Below, piece after piece: positions 35,809 through 45,648 of a DNA stretch of 59,681 nucleotides. Source of the stretch: an uncultured bacterium (lineage in GTDB: Bacteria; Macinerneyibacteriota; Macinerneyibacteria; Macinerneyibacteriales; CAYRFE01); contig CAZIJP010000002.1 of assembly GCA_964539615.1 (NCBI GenBank), forward strand, positions 1 to 59,681, in the 5' to 3' direction. Both the position numbers and the translations under genes were made by a program. Under the pieces are notes generated by a model. It was not told the origin of the DNA. It did no database searches and saw only the letters and a list, made by a program, of their open reading frames with translations. Every line of letters starts with the position of its first letter. Positions within the stretch are counted from its first letter, which is position 1.

Positions 35809-36683
35809 TGAAATCCGGATTTATCGCTGTGATCGGAGCTCCTAATGTAGGAAAATCAAGTTTTGTAAATTTGATGGTCGGCAAAAAAGTGACTATTGTC
35901 TCACCTCGCCCGCAAACAACACGGGACAGATTGTTCGGCGTTGCCCATTGGAAGGAAACTGATACCCAGGTGGTCTTCGTTGATACACCGGGTATTTTTA
36001 AGCCGAAAATCGCTTTGGATAAATATATGGTAGGCTCGGCCACACAGTCGTTGGACGGAGTTGAGGGTATTCTTTTCATGATCGATGCTGCAAAAGGGTT
36101 TACCGAAAAAGACCGTGACGCATGGCAACGCATCAAACCTGATCCCGAAAAAACGATTATAGTCATTAATAAGACCGACTTAGTAAAAAACAAAAACGAA
36201 TTACTTGAAATGATCTCTTTAGCGAGCAATGAGACGGGAATTAAGACCATCTTTCCCATATCTGTATTGAAACTTACACAAACCGATGAATTAAAACGGT
36301 ATATTTGCGATATACTGCCTGATGGTCCTGCGTTTTTCCCGGCTGACATGTTGACTGATAAGGATCGGCGGTATATAATCAGGGAGCTTATACGAGAGGC
36401 AGTTATTTTTAATGTATTTGATGAATTGCCATATATGATAGCTGTTTTGATCGAAGAACTGCAAGGCGCTCATATTCGAGCAACATTGATTTGCGAGCGT
36501 GAATCACAGAAAGGAATACTGATCGGTAGTCAAGGAACAATGATAAAGAACATTGGTATAGCCGCTCGTAAAAAAATTGAGCATATGTTCGGCTCGACAG
36601 TATTTTTAGAACTGACCGTACAAGTGGAAAAAAATTGGCGTAAAAACGACAGAATTTTAAAAGAACTTGGATATGAGCAATAA
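35808..36683 (+). CDS. era: GTPase Era
   Basis: 291 aa. G1 'GAPNVGKSS', G3 'DTPG', G4 'NKTD', and a C-terminal KH domain 'ERESQKGILIGSQGTMIKNIG'. TAATG overlap with the preceding gene. Confidence 0.95.
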   Translation: MKSGFIAVIGAPNVGKSSFVNLMVGKKVTIVSPRPQTTRDRLFGVAHWKETDTQVVFVDTPGIFKPKIALDKYMVGSATQSLDGVEGILFMIDAAKGFTEKDRDAWQRIKPDPEKTIIVINKTDLVKNKNELLEMISLASNETGIKTIFPISVLKLTQTDELKRYICDILPDGPAFFPADMLTDKDRRYIIRELIREAVIFNVFDELPYMIAVLIEELQGAHIRATLICERESQKGILIGSQGTMIKNIGIAARKKIEHMFGSTVFLELTVQVEKNWRKNDRILKELGYEQ

Positions 36684-36697
36684 TATAAGGAGCCGAT

Positions 36698-39600
36698 GTG
36701 GAAAAACCGGATAAGATACTTAAAAAGGTCAATAAATATCTTGCATCCAGTCAATTTACAGAGGCCATGTACGCATTGCAGGATGCACTCATGGAGGACA
36801 GCCGCTCCGAAGAACTTTTATGGAAACTTGTAGAAGTCTATGGTTTTATGAAAGATGATGCGAATGCGGTCAATACAATCAGAAAAATAATCTCAAATGA
36901 TCAGAGTTCCGCTGCAAAGATCATGGCGCTCAAGTATCTGCAAAATGATTTCCCGACTTTTTTTCCACGGTCAAAATATGCCGACATGCTGGAATTTGAG
37001 ATACATATGGAGCGCAAAGATGTTGTGAAGGCCATTGAATCGCTTCGTCGGGTAACCGGTCATGATATTGAACAGTTTTCAACACTATATCTTGATAAAC
37101 TTGATAAATTGAAAAAAATTCACGGCGAAGAAAAGACGGTTCAGGATAATGTGCTATTGGCATATCAGATTTTCGGTGTTTATTATGCTATGGAGAAATT
37201 TGATGAAGCTTTTGACATGCTGAATCAGATCGCTGTAAAAAGTTTGAATGAAGTCCCAGTAATTGAGAAGATACTAATAAATTTAGAGGCAAAAGATACG
37301 TCAAATCCCTATCTGTACTATCATTTGGGACAATTACTCGTTCGACAGAATAAGGTATCTGAAGCAATTGCCCAATTTACAAAAGGTGTTGAGGCAAATA
37401 CAGCCGTAGCGCAATATATTTTACCGTTATGTGAACCCTTATATGAGCAAAATAAAACGGATGCTAAATTCGTGCGTTTTTTTGCGTTGCTCCATTATCA
37501 TTGCGGGCAGTTTGAGAAAACATTTACATATTTTGATGTTTTCGCTACCCTCGACACAAGCGATGCAGCAGTAAATTCCCTGAAAGAACTCTACGAAGAT
37601 ATCTATATTAAGGTAGGCGGGAAAACCTTTGTGCTTCTGGCAATGGTGAAATTGTTGATACGATTAGGTGATTTTGAGGGAGCTCTGCGTAAATTCTTAC
37701 AAATAAGAAGTTTCGATAATGCGGAGATCGAGACGATCGGTTTGGAACTATTGGGAAAGGTAAAGGAAAAAGGCGATCTTAACAAATTACTGGCAGAATT
37801 TTATATTTCAAAAGGTCCTGTTGAAAAAGCAGTTCATTATTTAGGTGAATTATTTGCTTCAGATGCAAGTTACAGTGAGTTTATCACGGAAAAAATGAAA
37901 AAAATGGAAGTAGGCGACAATAAGGAATATCTCAAGTTATTGGGAGATATCAGCGTCAGCCGTAATGATCTCAAAGAAGCTTTTACCTACTATAAAAAAC
38001 TTGAAGAAGTTTTTCCGGAAGAAGCGGATTCAATTATAGCAGGGTATGAAAATCTTTTGCTGAAATCAGAAAAATCGATCAAGCTCCGTCAATTATTGAT
38101 TGATCTGTACATGAAATATGAACATTATAAAAAAGCATTGAAAATGCTCGGCGAAGTGTTGATGATTGATCCTTCCATTTATCCAAGTATTTATCCGTAT
38201 TTTAATACGATTCTCGAGAAAAACCCCGATGTTGCTGATAAAGTAAAAGGACTTTTGGATATTATATCTAAAGGGTTGCCTAATAATCCATACTTGCTGT
38301 TTAATATGGGATGTTATTATTTTTTACAAGGTAATAGTGCTGCAGTAATTGACAGTTTTAAAATTGTCATGAATTCTAGTGATCCTTTATTAAAAAAAAG
38401 TGCTACTGAAATATTTTTTAAACTTTTGGAAAAATTTCCGCATGACCTTGAATTGCGCTGGGTTATTGCCGACACATTATACAATAACAAATTGTGGCAT
38501 GAACTGATCAGCCATCTCAATACGCTTTATTTAGATTTTCCGGCAGAAAACCCTAAGATATTAGCGTCACTTCATACGATATTTGAAAAATTTTATGCAG
38601 AAGACGATATTATTACATTATTTTCAAAAATTGCTTTTGAACAGAATCGCCTTGATGAGTTATCACACTTTATTGAAGATGCCGAAAAAATAAAGCCACA
38701 TTCATCGGCGGTATTTACAGCGCTTGCAGAACTTCATTTTAAAAAAGGGAGTATTAAGGATGTTGTAAAAGATTTTCAAAAGTTATTGAAATACGGAATT
38801 CAAGAAGACATAGCTAGAATCATTTCCATAGTGGGCGAAGTGCGTTCTGTTGTGAAACCGAATCCCGGCGTGTATTATGTACTTGGGGCAATGTATCAAA
38901 AAAACGGCAGTTTCAGCGCTGCGCTGGAATTGTATCGTAAGGTAATCGGGATCGAACGTGAAAAAGATGATCTTATCGAAAAACAATTGAGCGATATGGC
39001 ACGTGAAGCAACGAATGATCCGCAGCCGAAGATCACACTCGGCGTACTCTATATGAAATACGCACGGTATGATGAAGCAATAGTGATGTTTAATCAGGCC
39101 GTTCAATTGGATGAGGCATTGATCGGCGCTATCGTAGCACACTATGAGGAAGTTGCCAGAAAAGCTCCAGATAGAGTGGACTTTAAAATTGAGCTCGCCA
39201 GAATTTATGCATTGATAAATAAGCCTGAAGACTCTTACTCACTTTTGACATCCGTTGAGCCGGGAGACGAATTATACCTCAAATATCTTCAGACATTAAA
39301 AACTCTTACCGAGCAGTGCCCTGCATTCTCGCGGGGCCATCATCGTATGGCAGACCTTTTATGGGACGGTGAGAAATTTACCGAAAGCCTTCCGTTTTAT
39401 ACAACTGTTCTGACCGTTGCGCCGAAAGAAGAAATTGCTGAGATTACACATAAGATTTCAGAAAAAGTATTTGCCATCTCTTTGCGTGCTGCCGCTGAAT
39501 TGTATTGTGATTGTATGACTGCATCAGGCACCCTAGAGGAGATCGTGGCTGCATATAAACGCTTATTCGAACAATTCGGTGATGAAAGTGCTCCATATCT

Positions 39601-40492
39601 GGACAGTAAATTATCCGAATTTGAAAAAGGACAGAATGATGAAGCTTTTGCGGATCTTTTGATTGATATTGCATTATTGCGAAATCAATATGATAAAGCT
39701 CTAAACGTCATCAAATTGAATTATGATTATTTTTCCCATAACAGAGAGAAATTATTATACGCTATTGAGACCGTTTGGGAAAACAATAAGACTCGGGAGG
39801 ATATTTTCGACACCTATGTTACCATTCTTATGGAAAGTAATGAAATGACAAAAATGACAGAAGTTCTTCCGCTTTTTGAGTCGTTAAATATTTCAAATGA
39901 AAAAAAAGCACAGTATGCTTTGCTTGCAGCACAATTAGCTGTGCATGATGATCGTGATGTATCTCGCGAGTGGTATGCAAAAGCACGCGGTTATTTGCCA
40001 TCCGTTAAGAAACTGTATAAATTGATTCATGATGCTGAAAAAAGTATGTATACGGTTTGGATCACGTATTACGAATTACATAAAACCCCTGAGAATATGT
40101 TGAAACTTGTGCAATTGTATTTAAAAAATGAAGATTATGCTCAAGCCAGTGTAGTACTCAATGAGATCGTCACCGAGGATGCAACAGTTATAAGAAAGAA
40201 ACAGTATTTGCGTATTAAAATTTTGTACTTCCAAAAAGATTATGCCGGCGTGCTTGCGTTGGCGCCGTATGTTTCTATCGACATATGGAATATTCAAGAT
40301 GACGAAAAAGAAATAGTACATTGTTTTATTTCCTCTTCACGAGAATTACGATTGTTTGCCACTGCACGAGCCTATGTTCATTGTTTAAAGGGAAGCATTC
40401 TTGATGAAGTTTACGATACAATTCAGAAACAGATCAGCGCCGATGAGGCACGTTATGCGAAAGACACAAACGGTTACTCAATTACTTTTTGA
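36698..40492 (+). CDS. Very large cytoplasmic all-alpha TPR-like solenoid protein; function unknown
   Basis: 1264-aa ORF with GTG start 36698, 5 nt after AAGGAG. Degenerate TPR-like helical hairpins run throughout, for example 'PYLYYHLGQLLVRQNKVSEAIAQFTKGVEAN', 'PGVYYVLGAMYQKNGSFSAALELYRKVIGI' and 'KITLGVLYMKYARYDEAIVMFNQAVQLD'. No TM segment or signal peptide. Confidence 0.8.
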   Translation: MEKPDKILKKVNKYLASSQFTEAMYALQDALMEDSRSEELLWKLVEVYGFMKDDANAVNTIRKIISNDQSSAAKIMALKYLQNDFPTFFPRSKYADMLEFEIHMERKDVVKAIESLRRVTGHDIEQFSTLYLDKLDKLKKIHGEEKTVQDNVLLAYQIFGVYYAMEKFDEAFDMLNQIAVKSLNEVPVIEKILINLEAKDTSNPYLYYHLGQLLVRQNKVSEAIAQFTKGVEANTAVAQYILPLCEPLYEQNKTDAKFVRFFALLHYHCGQFEKTFTYFDVFATLDTSDAAVNSLKELYEDIYIKVGGKTFVLLAMVKLLIRLGDFEGALRKFLQIRSFDNAEIETIGLELLGKVKEKGDLNKLLAEFYISKGPVEKAVHYLGELFASDASYSEFITEKMKKMEVGDNKEYLKLLGDISVSRNDLKEAFTYYKKLEEVFPEEADSIIAGYENLLLKSEKSIKLRQLLIDLYMKYEHYKKALKMLGEVLMIDPSIYPSIYPYFNTILEKNPDVADKVKGLLDIISKGLPNNPYLLFNMGCYYFLQGNSAAVIDSFKIVMNSSDPLLKKSATEIFFKLLEKFPHDLELRWVIADTLYNNKLWHELISHLNTLYLDFPAENPKILASLHTIFEKFYAEDDIITLFSKIAFEQNRLDELSHFIEDAEKIKPHSSAVFTALAELHFKKGSIKDVVKDFQKLLKYGIQEDIARIISIVGEVRSVVKPNPGVYYVLGAMYQKNGSFSAALELYRKVIGIEREKDDLIEKQLSDMAREATNDPQPKITLGVLYMKYARYDEAIVMFNQAVQLDEALIGAIVAHYEEVARKAPDRVDFKIELARIYALINKPEDSYSLLTSVEPGDELYLKYLQTLKTLTEQCPAFSRGHHRMADLLWDGEKFTESLPFYTTVLTVAPKEEIAEITHKISEKVFAISLRAAAELYCDCMTASGTLEEIVAAYKRLFEQFGDESAPYLDSKLSEFEKGQNDEAFADLLIDIALLRNQYDKALNVIKLNYDYFSHNREKLLYAIETVWENNKTREDIFDTYVTILMESNEMTKMTEVLPLFESLNISNEKKAQYALLAAQLAVHDDRDVSREWYAKARGYLPSVKKLYKLIHDAEKSMYTVWITYYELHKTPENMLKLVQLYLKNEDYAQASVVLNEIVTEDATVIRKKQYLRIKILYFQKDYAGVLALAPYVSIDIWNIQDDEKEIVHCFISSSRELRLFATARAYVHCLKGSILDEVYDTIQKQISADEARYAKDTNGYSITF

Positions 40493-40514
40493 TATGAACA
40501 AAGGAGAATGAAGT

Positions 40515-42425
40515 ATGGGAAACATCTGCCCGTTTTTACCCCGAGAAGGAGAAGCATTTCAGAATTGTATTTCCGATAAATGTTTTCTCTATAATAAACC
40601 CGGTAAATCATGTGTTCTCAGCACAGTCGATTTGACCAAGCCGGGGAACATCAAACTTATTCAAGACAGTATTTCCGCATCTTCGCAAAGCACGAATGAT
40701 CTGATAAAAAAAATCGGCGGATTGTTGACAAAAACATCCAAACCGCTTCTTGAGTATATCGATGCTATGAAGAACGGTAAATATATTACCGATACGGTAA
40801 CCGCATTACAGCAATCGTTACAGTCTAATGAAACAGGAACAGTGGTTTCATCAGCAGAAGTTTCGGGAGAATTTGTCCGTATACGCGAAACTGCCGAAAA
40901 TATTCTTGAGACGGTCAATCGTATCGCATCTCACCATACATCCTTTCAGCAAAGCGCAGCCGTGTCTTCAATAACTGCTGATTATAAAACATTGATCGAA
41001 CGTGTTGACAATTCTGTTGAAGGTGCGACTCCCGTCAAGCCTGAAGCTGCAGGAACACCCGCTCCATCGAATGAAGCTCTGGCAGCATTGGTCAGTGAGA
41101 TCAATGATGTAAATAAGACAGCATTTAAAGGACTGTTCAATCTTATTAAGTCGACGATGGAAGAACAGAACGCATTATTAAGATCGCTTAAAGATGATAT
41201 TGCCACATCAAAAGCATCCGGGAGTTCCACGGTACAAGCATCAGATGACACTGTTGCTTCATCCGCAGCCTTGGCGAAATTTGAGCCGATCATAGAAGCA
41301 AGTCAAAAGGTCTATACGGCTGTCATGGATGTTTCCAATGCTCTCTTTGAGACCAAAGAAGAGATCATGGGTATACACAATAATCTTCGTGATTTTCACA
41401 CAGAATCTCAAACGCAGATCAGAACTTTTATGGAAAATGTACATGAATGGATGCAGACGCAGGGGGGTGCAAAAGAATCAACCGGAATAGCGGAGCTCCA
41501 TGAAACGATACGGCAAATGATAAAGAATTTTGGTACGCTTGGGGTAAACATTGCGCAGATCGAACAAAAAATATTGGATAAACAAGAAGAAACGTCAATG
41601 AACAGTGCAAAGATCGGTAAGGCAGCGATCGAGACCATCGCAAAGATAGGCGAGCACGTTGCATCCGTCTCACAGACCACTACCGACGGTAATGCGCAGT
41701 TAATTCAAAAATTGGATGCATTAACTTCAAAACTCGACGATTTGATTGTAATGCAAAAAGATACTGCCGTACTAGCTGAACGTTTTGCTTCAGGGCAGGA
41801 GAAAACTAATGAGATACTGCAATCGCTGGCAGTAAGTCTTGAGGGTTTTGCAAACGGACAAGATGTATTCAGAACCGATATATCAACTACTGTCGGTAAG
41901 ATGCAGGGTGTACTCGAATTGCAGGAAAGATACATGCAGCAGGAAGAGAGCGGCTATAAACTCAGAAAAGCTGAGGAATTGGCTGTTACTGCCGTTGCTT
42001 TGATGCTGGACAAAGATCTGAACGGCGCGATTCAAAAATCAAAAGAAGCCATTGAATTGAATCCGAAATTGTGGGGAGCATACAACACGCTCGGCATGGC
42101 CCTTGCGGAATCGGGCGAGTCAAAAAAGGCTGTTGAAGTATTTAAGAAATTAATAAATCAAAACGCTGACTTTTCAGAAGCGTATTATAATCTCGGCGTA
42201 TTACTGGCCCGTGATAAGGAATTTGAAAAAGCGATCGGGTTATATAAGTTATCCATTGAAAAGAACACGACATTTGCAAAAGCATATGTGGCTTTAGGGG
42301 ATGCTTTGGAAGAGACCGGCGCCACCGACGGAGCCTTAAAAGCATGGGAACGCGCAGTCCAAATGGACCCGACCCTTGATGAAATCCGTGAAAAGGTATC
42401 AAAATACAGAGAGATCAATTCCTAA
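40515..42425 (+). CDS. Protein with an N-terminal Cys4 motif, a roughly 450-aa helical/coiled-coil region and C-terminal TPR repeats; function unknown
   Basis: 636 aa. 'MGNICPFLPREGEAFQNCISDKCFLYNKPGKSC' gives C5, C18, C23 and C33. The middle is long and A/S/T/Q/E-rich and helical. C-terminal TPRs: 'WGAYNTLGMALAESGESKKAVEVFKKLINQNADFSEAYYNLGVLLARDKEFEKAIGLYKLSIEKN'. Confidence 0.8.
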   Translation: MGNICPFLPREGEAFQNCISDKCFLYNKPGKSCVLSTVDLTKPGNIKLIQDSISASSQSTNDLIKKIGGLLTKTSKPLLEYIDAMKNGKYITDTVTALQQSLQSNETGTVVSSAEVSGEFVRIRETAENILETVNRIASHHTSFQQSAAVSSITADYKTLIERVDNSVEGATPVKPEAAGTPAPSNEALAALVSEINDVNKTAFKGLFNLIKSTMEEQNALLRSLKDDIATSKASGSSTVQASDDTVASSAALAKFEPIIEASQKVYTAVMDVSNALFETKEEIMGIHNNLRDFHTESQTQIRTFMENVHEWMQTQGGAKESTGIAELHETIRQMIKNFGTLGVNIAQIEQKILDKQEETSMNSAKIGKAAIETIAKIGEHVASVSQTTTDGNAQLIQKLDALTSKLDDLIVMQKDTAVLAERFASGQEKTNEILQSLAVSLEGFANGQDVFRTDISTTVGKMQGVLELQERYMQQEESGYKLRKAEELAVTAVALMLDKDLNGAIQKSKEAIELNPKLWGAYNTLGMALAESGESKKAVEVFKKLINQNADFSEAYYNLGVLLARDKEFEKAIGLYKLSIEKNTTFAKAYVALGDALEETGATDGALKAWERAVQMDPTLDEIREKVSKYREINS

Positions 42426-42433
42426 GGAAATGT

Positions 42434-44629
42434 ATGAAAAAATATAATTTTTCTCAAGAACTTCAAAATATTCTCCAACGTGCAGAGGTTATAGCCGGTG
42501 AAATGAATCATGCTTTTATATTGCCGATCCATTTGCTTGCCGCCTTGATAGAAGCGAAAGATGATAAAGTTGAAAACTGGTTTCATCTGCATAATATCGA
42601 TCCGAAAAAATTACTTGGTGTGACCATGAAAGACCTCGAGGTCATCGAGACACTTCAGGAAGAGAACGAGCTCGAAGTGTCCGAGGCAACTCGTGATGTG
42701 ATGCGTCTTGGAGGAGTAATTGCTATCCAATCAGAAGAGGAAGAGGTTACACCGCTGTATTTACTGATGGCCATATTAGATGAGGCGGATGAGATCATAA
42801 CCAGTATTTTTTCTGCGGTCGGCGTGGAGATCGCCACCTTGGACGATATTCTGTATATCGAAGAATTGAAACGATCCTATGTGGAAGATAAAAGCATGCT
42901 TATGAAAAATGGGGTGAATGTCAGCACGTTGATCGAGAAGAAGCAGGTTATTCCTTTTACAACCGATTGGTCAATAACAGATGATCTGATCGAGATTTTA
43001 TCAAGGGACAACAAAAACGTTCCGGTGATCGTCGGCTCTTTCGGAATTCCCAGAGATGTACTCATTGAAGGATTGGCAGACCGTATCATCAACGGCGATG
43101 TGCCTGAACGTTTGAATTCTACGAACGTAATTCATATCATGATCAATCCGATCATAGCAAACTCAAAAGATGTGAACGATTTTGTCGCAACATTACGCCA
43201 GATGATTTCCGAAGCCGAAAATTATAACAATATCATTTTATACTTCGATGAATTATACCCCGATTTTTATAAAATGGGTACCATTGATATTTTGTTGTTA
43301 TTAAAACCTGCGTTGAGCCGACGCAATATAAAGATCATTGGTTGTTCTGAAAAACCGAACATAAAATCATATATTCAACAGGATATGTTCTTAGACGGTA
43401 AGGTCGAATTGGTTAAGATCCATAAAATATCGGAGACCAAGGCAGCTGTGATCCTGAATAATTACCGCAGTACGCTTGAACAGCTTCATAATGTCAAATT
43501 AAAAAAGATCATTCTCGAATATGCATATTCCACCGTTAAGCGTTACATCAATACTGAACAGTATCTTGAAGAAACGATCAATCTGCTCGATATGGCTGCA
43601 ACACGTGTCAACTTGAAAAATATTAAAAACGGTGAAACTCCCGTTGTTATAAAGAAAACTGATATTGATGAGATCGTTGCGCGTATGATCGGGATACCGC
43701 GATGGAGGGTTTCCCGCGATAAACGGTTCTATGATAAAATTGAAGATCGATTGAAAGAGAAGGTCATAGGTCAAGACGAGGCTTTGAAAAGCGTCGTTGA
43801 TGTAATTAAAATGAAAGAGAATTATTTTAATCTTAATCCATATTTACCGGATGGTATATTTCTCTTTGTCGGCCCTCGCGGAGTAGGAAAAAAAGAATTT
43901 ATCCATAGTCTTGCCGAGATATTATTCGATGACTCAGAACGTGTTTCTTACTTTGATATGAGGCAATTCAAAGATCCGGAGGCTGTGTATGATTTTCTCG
44001 GTTTTCGGGATAAATCAAAAGACGATATTTACCCGTCCATGCTTTCAAATGTTATCAAGGAATATCCGTATTCGATCTTGTTTCTCGATGAGATAAACCA
44101 GGCCTCCCAAGAGGTGCGGGACCTTTTTCTCAACATCTTTAAAACAGGTGTATTTGAGGATAATTTCGGTAATCGGGTATTCTTTAAGGGTATAACTATC
44201 ATCATGACCGTAAAGGCCTATGAAGAACAAAAAAAACAATTGGGATTTATAGCTGGAAACAAAGCCGATTATAATAAAGAAATGATCTATAAAGGCATGG
44301 AGAGTATGCTTGGGACTGAAATGCTCCATTTGATCGATCGCGTTGTTATCTTTACGGAATTGTCCACACAGCATATGCATGAGATCATTAGAAAACGCCT
44401 CGTAGACCGTCTCAATGAAAAATTACCGATAACATGGGTTGTCGAACCGTCTGCAATCGAATTTATAACTGAGGCTATAAATAATGAACCCGAGCGGTTA
44501 CAAGCGCTTGAACGTGTTTTTCAGAAACATATTTTCTCATATCTGGCGATCAATTTTTATAAAGATGATCTGAGTTTTAAAAATAAAATAACTATTAAAT
44601 CTAAAAACGGGGAGTTGCGTTTTGTATGA
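42434..44629 (+). CDS. ClpA/ClpB-like protein with a Clp_N domain and two AAA+ modules carrying degenerate nucleotide-binding motifs
   Basis: 731 aa. Clp_N-like 'FSQELQNILQRAEVIAGEMNHAFILPIHLLAALIE'. The D1 region 'NVPVIVGSFGIPRDVLIEGLADRIINGDVPERL' aligns with Clp '[29 protein letters not shown].L', and 'IILYFDEL' follows. D2 reads 'IFLFVGPRGVGKKEFIHSLAEILF' and 'ILFLDEINQAS'. Confidence 0.8.
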   Translation: MKKYNFSQELQNILQRAEVIAGEMNHAFILPIHLLAALIEAKDDKVENWFHLHNIDPKKLLGVTMKDLEVIETLQEENELEVSEATRDVMRLGGVIAIQSEEEEVTPLYLLMAILDEADEIITSIFSAVGVEIATLDDILYIEELKRSYVEDKSMLMKNGVNVSTLIEKKQVIPFTTDWSITDDLIEILSRDNKNVPVIVGSFGIPRDVLIEGLADRIINGDVPERLNSTNVIHIMINPIIANSKDVNDFVATLRQMISEAENYNNIILYFDELYPDFYKMGTIDILLLLKPALSRRNIKIIGCSEKPNIKSYIQQDMFLDGKVELVKIHKISETKAAVILNNYRSTLEQLHNVKLKKIILEYAYSTVKRYINTEQYLEETINLLDMAATRVNLKNIKNGETPVVIKKTDIDEIVARMIGIPRWRVSRDKRFYDKIEDRLKEKVIGQDEALKSVVDVIKMKENYFNLNPYLPDGIFLFVGPRGVGKKEFIHSLAEILFDDSERVSYFDMRQFKDPEAVYDFLGFRDKSKDDIYPSMLSNVIKEYPYSILFLDEINQASQEVRDLFLNIFKTGVFEDNFGNRVFFKGITIIMTVKAYEEQKKQLGFIAGNKADYNKEMIYKGMESMLGTEMLHLIDRVVIFTELSTQHMHEIIRKRLVDRLNEKLPITWVVEPSAIEFITEAINNEPERLQALERVFQKHIFSYLAINFYKDDLSFKNKITIKSKNGELRFV

Positions 44630-45648
44630 CACCATTGTTTTCAACAAAATCGTATAAGAGGGCACGGATCAATTGGTATTTGATCGCAGGAGTTGTCGTT
44701 GTATTTTTTATCGGGACACTATTGTTATCATGGTACAGACCAATAAAAATTGAAGGCGTTGTATATGTTCAAATTGAAAAAGGCGATACTGGTATTGTTG
44801 TTGTACGCAAACTGCAGCGATCGGGAATACGGCTTTCACCAACCATGTTCCGCTTGTATTACAAAATAATGCCGCATCAGATCAATGCCGGAGATTATTA
44901 TTTAAAATCTCCGCTATCAATAGCAAAACTCGTTGATATATTATCGAAAGGTCACGAACAAGGCGAGAAAGTGACCGTTCCTGAAGGGTGGACATATAAA
45001 AAGATCACTGAACTTCTCGAAGAGAAAGGTATAATTACCGATCGTCAGCAATTCATGGTGTTATTTGATAATACCGAGTTCATCCGCTCATTAGGTATCA
45101 ATGCTCCAACGTTAGAAGGGTATGTGTACCCGGACACCTATTATTTATCAAAAAATATGAAGCCGGAGGATATAGTAAAGCGCATGTATGAGCAGTTGCA
45201 AGTGAAGATAGCAGCTGCAGGTCTTGAAAAATCAATAAAGGAATCAAAGTTTACATTCCACGAGTTGATGACATTGGCCTCGATCGTTGAATGGGAGTAT
45301 CAGGCTGCAGAAGAACAGCCGATAATCGCACAAGTATTTTTAAAACGATTGGAGATCGGCCAGCCGTTAGAAAGCTGTGCGACGGTATTGTATGCTCTCG
45401 GTAAACATAAAAATTACTTATTATACAGCGATCTTGAAGTGAAATCCCCATTCAATACTTACAAAGTTGCCGGACTGCCGCCTACCCCGATCAATAGTCC
45501 CGGCATAGCATCTATACAAGCGGTATTAAATCCGGCAAAAACCGATTACTTATATTTTATTTCTAAAAATGACGGCACACATTATTTCTCAAAAACTTAT
45601 GAGGAACACCTTCGTGCGCGAAAGCAGTACCCCTCATGGAAAAAATAG
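44626..45648 (+). CDS. mltG: Endolytic murein transglycosylase MltG (YceG family)
   Basis: 340 aa. N-terminal TM 'WYLIAGVVVVFFIGTLLL'. YceG motifs 'LASIVEWEY', 'SPFNTYKVAGLPPTPINSPG', 'YLYFISKNDGTHYFSKTYEEH'. ATGA overlap with the upstream gene. Confidence 0.9.
   Translation: MTPLFSTKSYKRARINWYLIAGVVVVFFIGTLLLSWYRPIKIEGVVYVQIEKGDTGIVVVRKLQRSGIRLSPTMFRLYYKIMPHQINAGDYYLKSPLSIAKLVDILSKGHEQGEKVTVPEGWTYKKITELLEEKGIITDRQQFMVLFDNTEFIRSLGINAPTLEGYVYPDTYYLSKNMKPEDIVKRMYEQLQVKIAAAGLEKSIKESKFTFHELMTLASIVEWEYQAAEEQPIIAQVFLKRLEIGQPLESCATVLYALGKHKNYLLYSDLEVKSPFNTYKVAGLPPTPINSPGIASIQAVLNPAKTDYLYFISKNDGTHYFSKTYEEHLRARKQYPSWKK

Noticed and set aside
35777-36349. 190-aa minus-strand ORF, the longest antisense ORF in the track.
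   Set aside because: It lies entirely antisense to era, whose G1/G3/G4 and KH motifs are unambiguous. I see no motif, RBS or promoter for the antisense frame.
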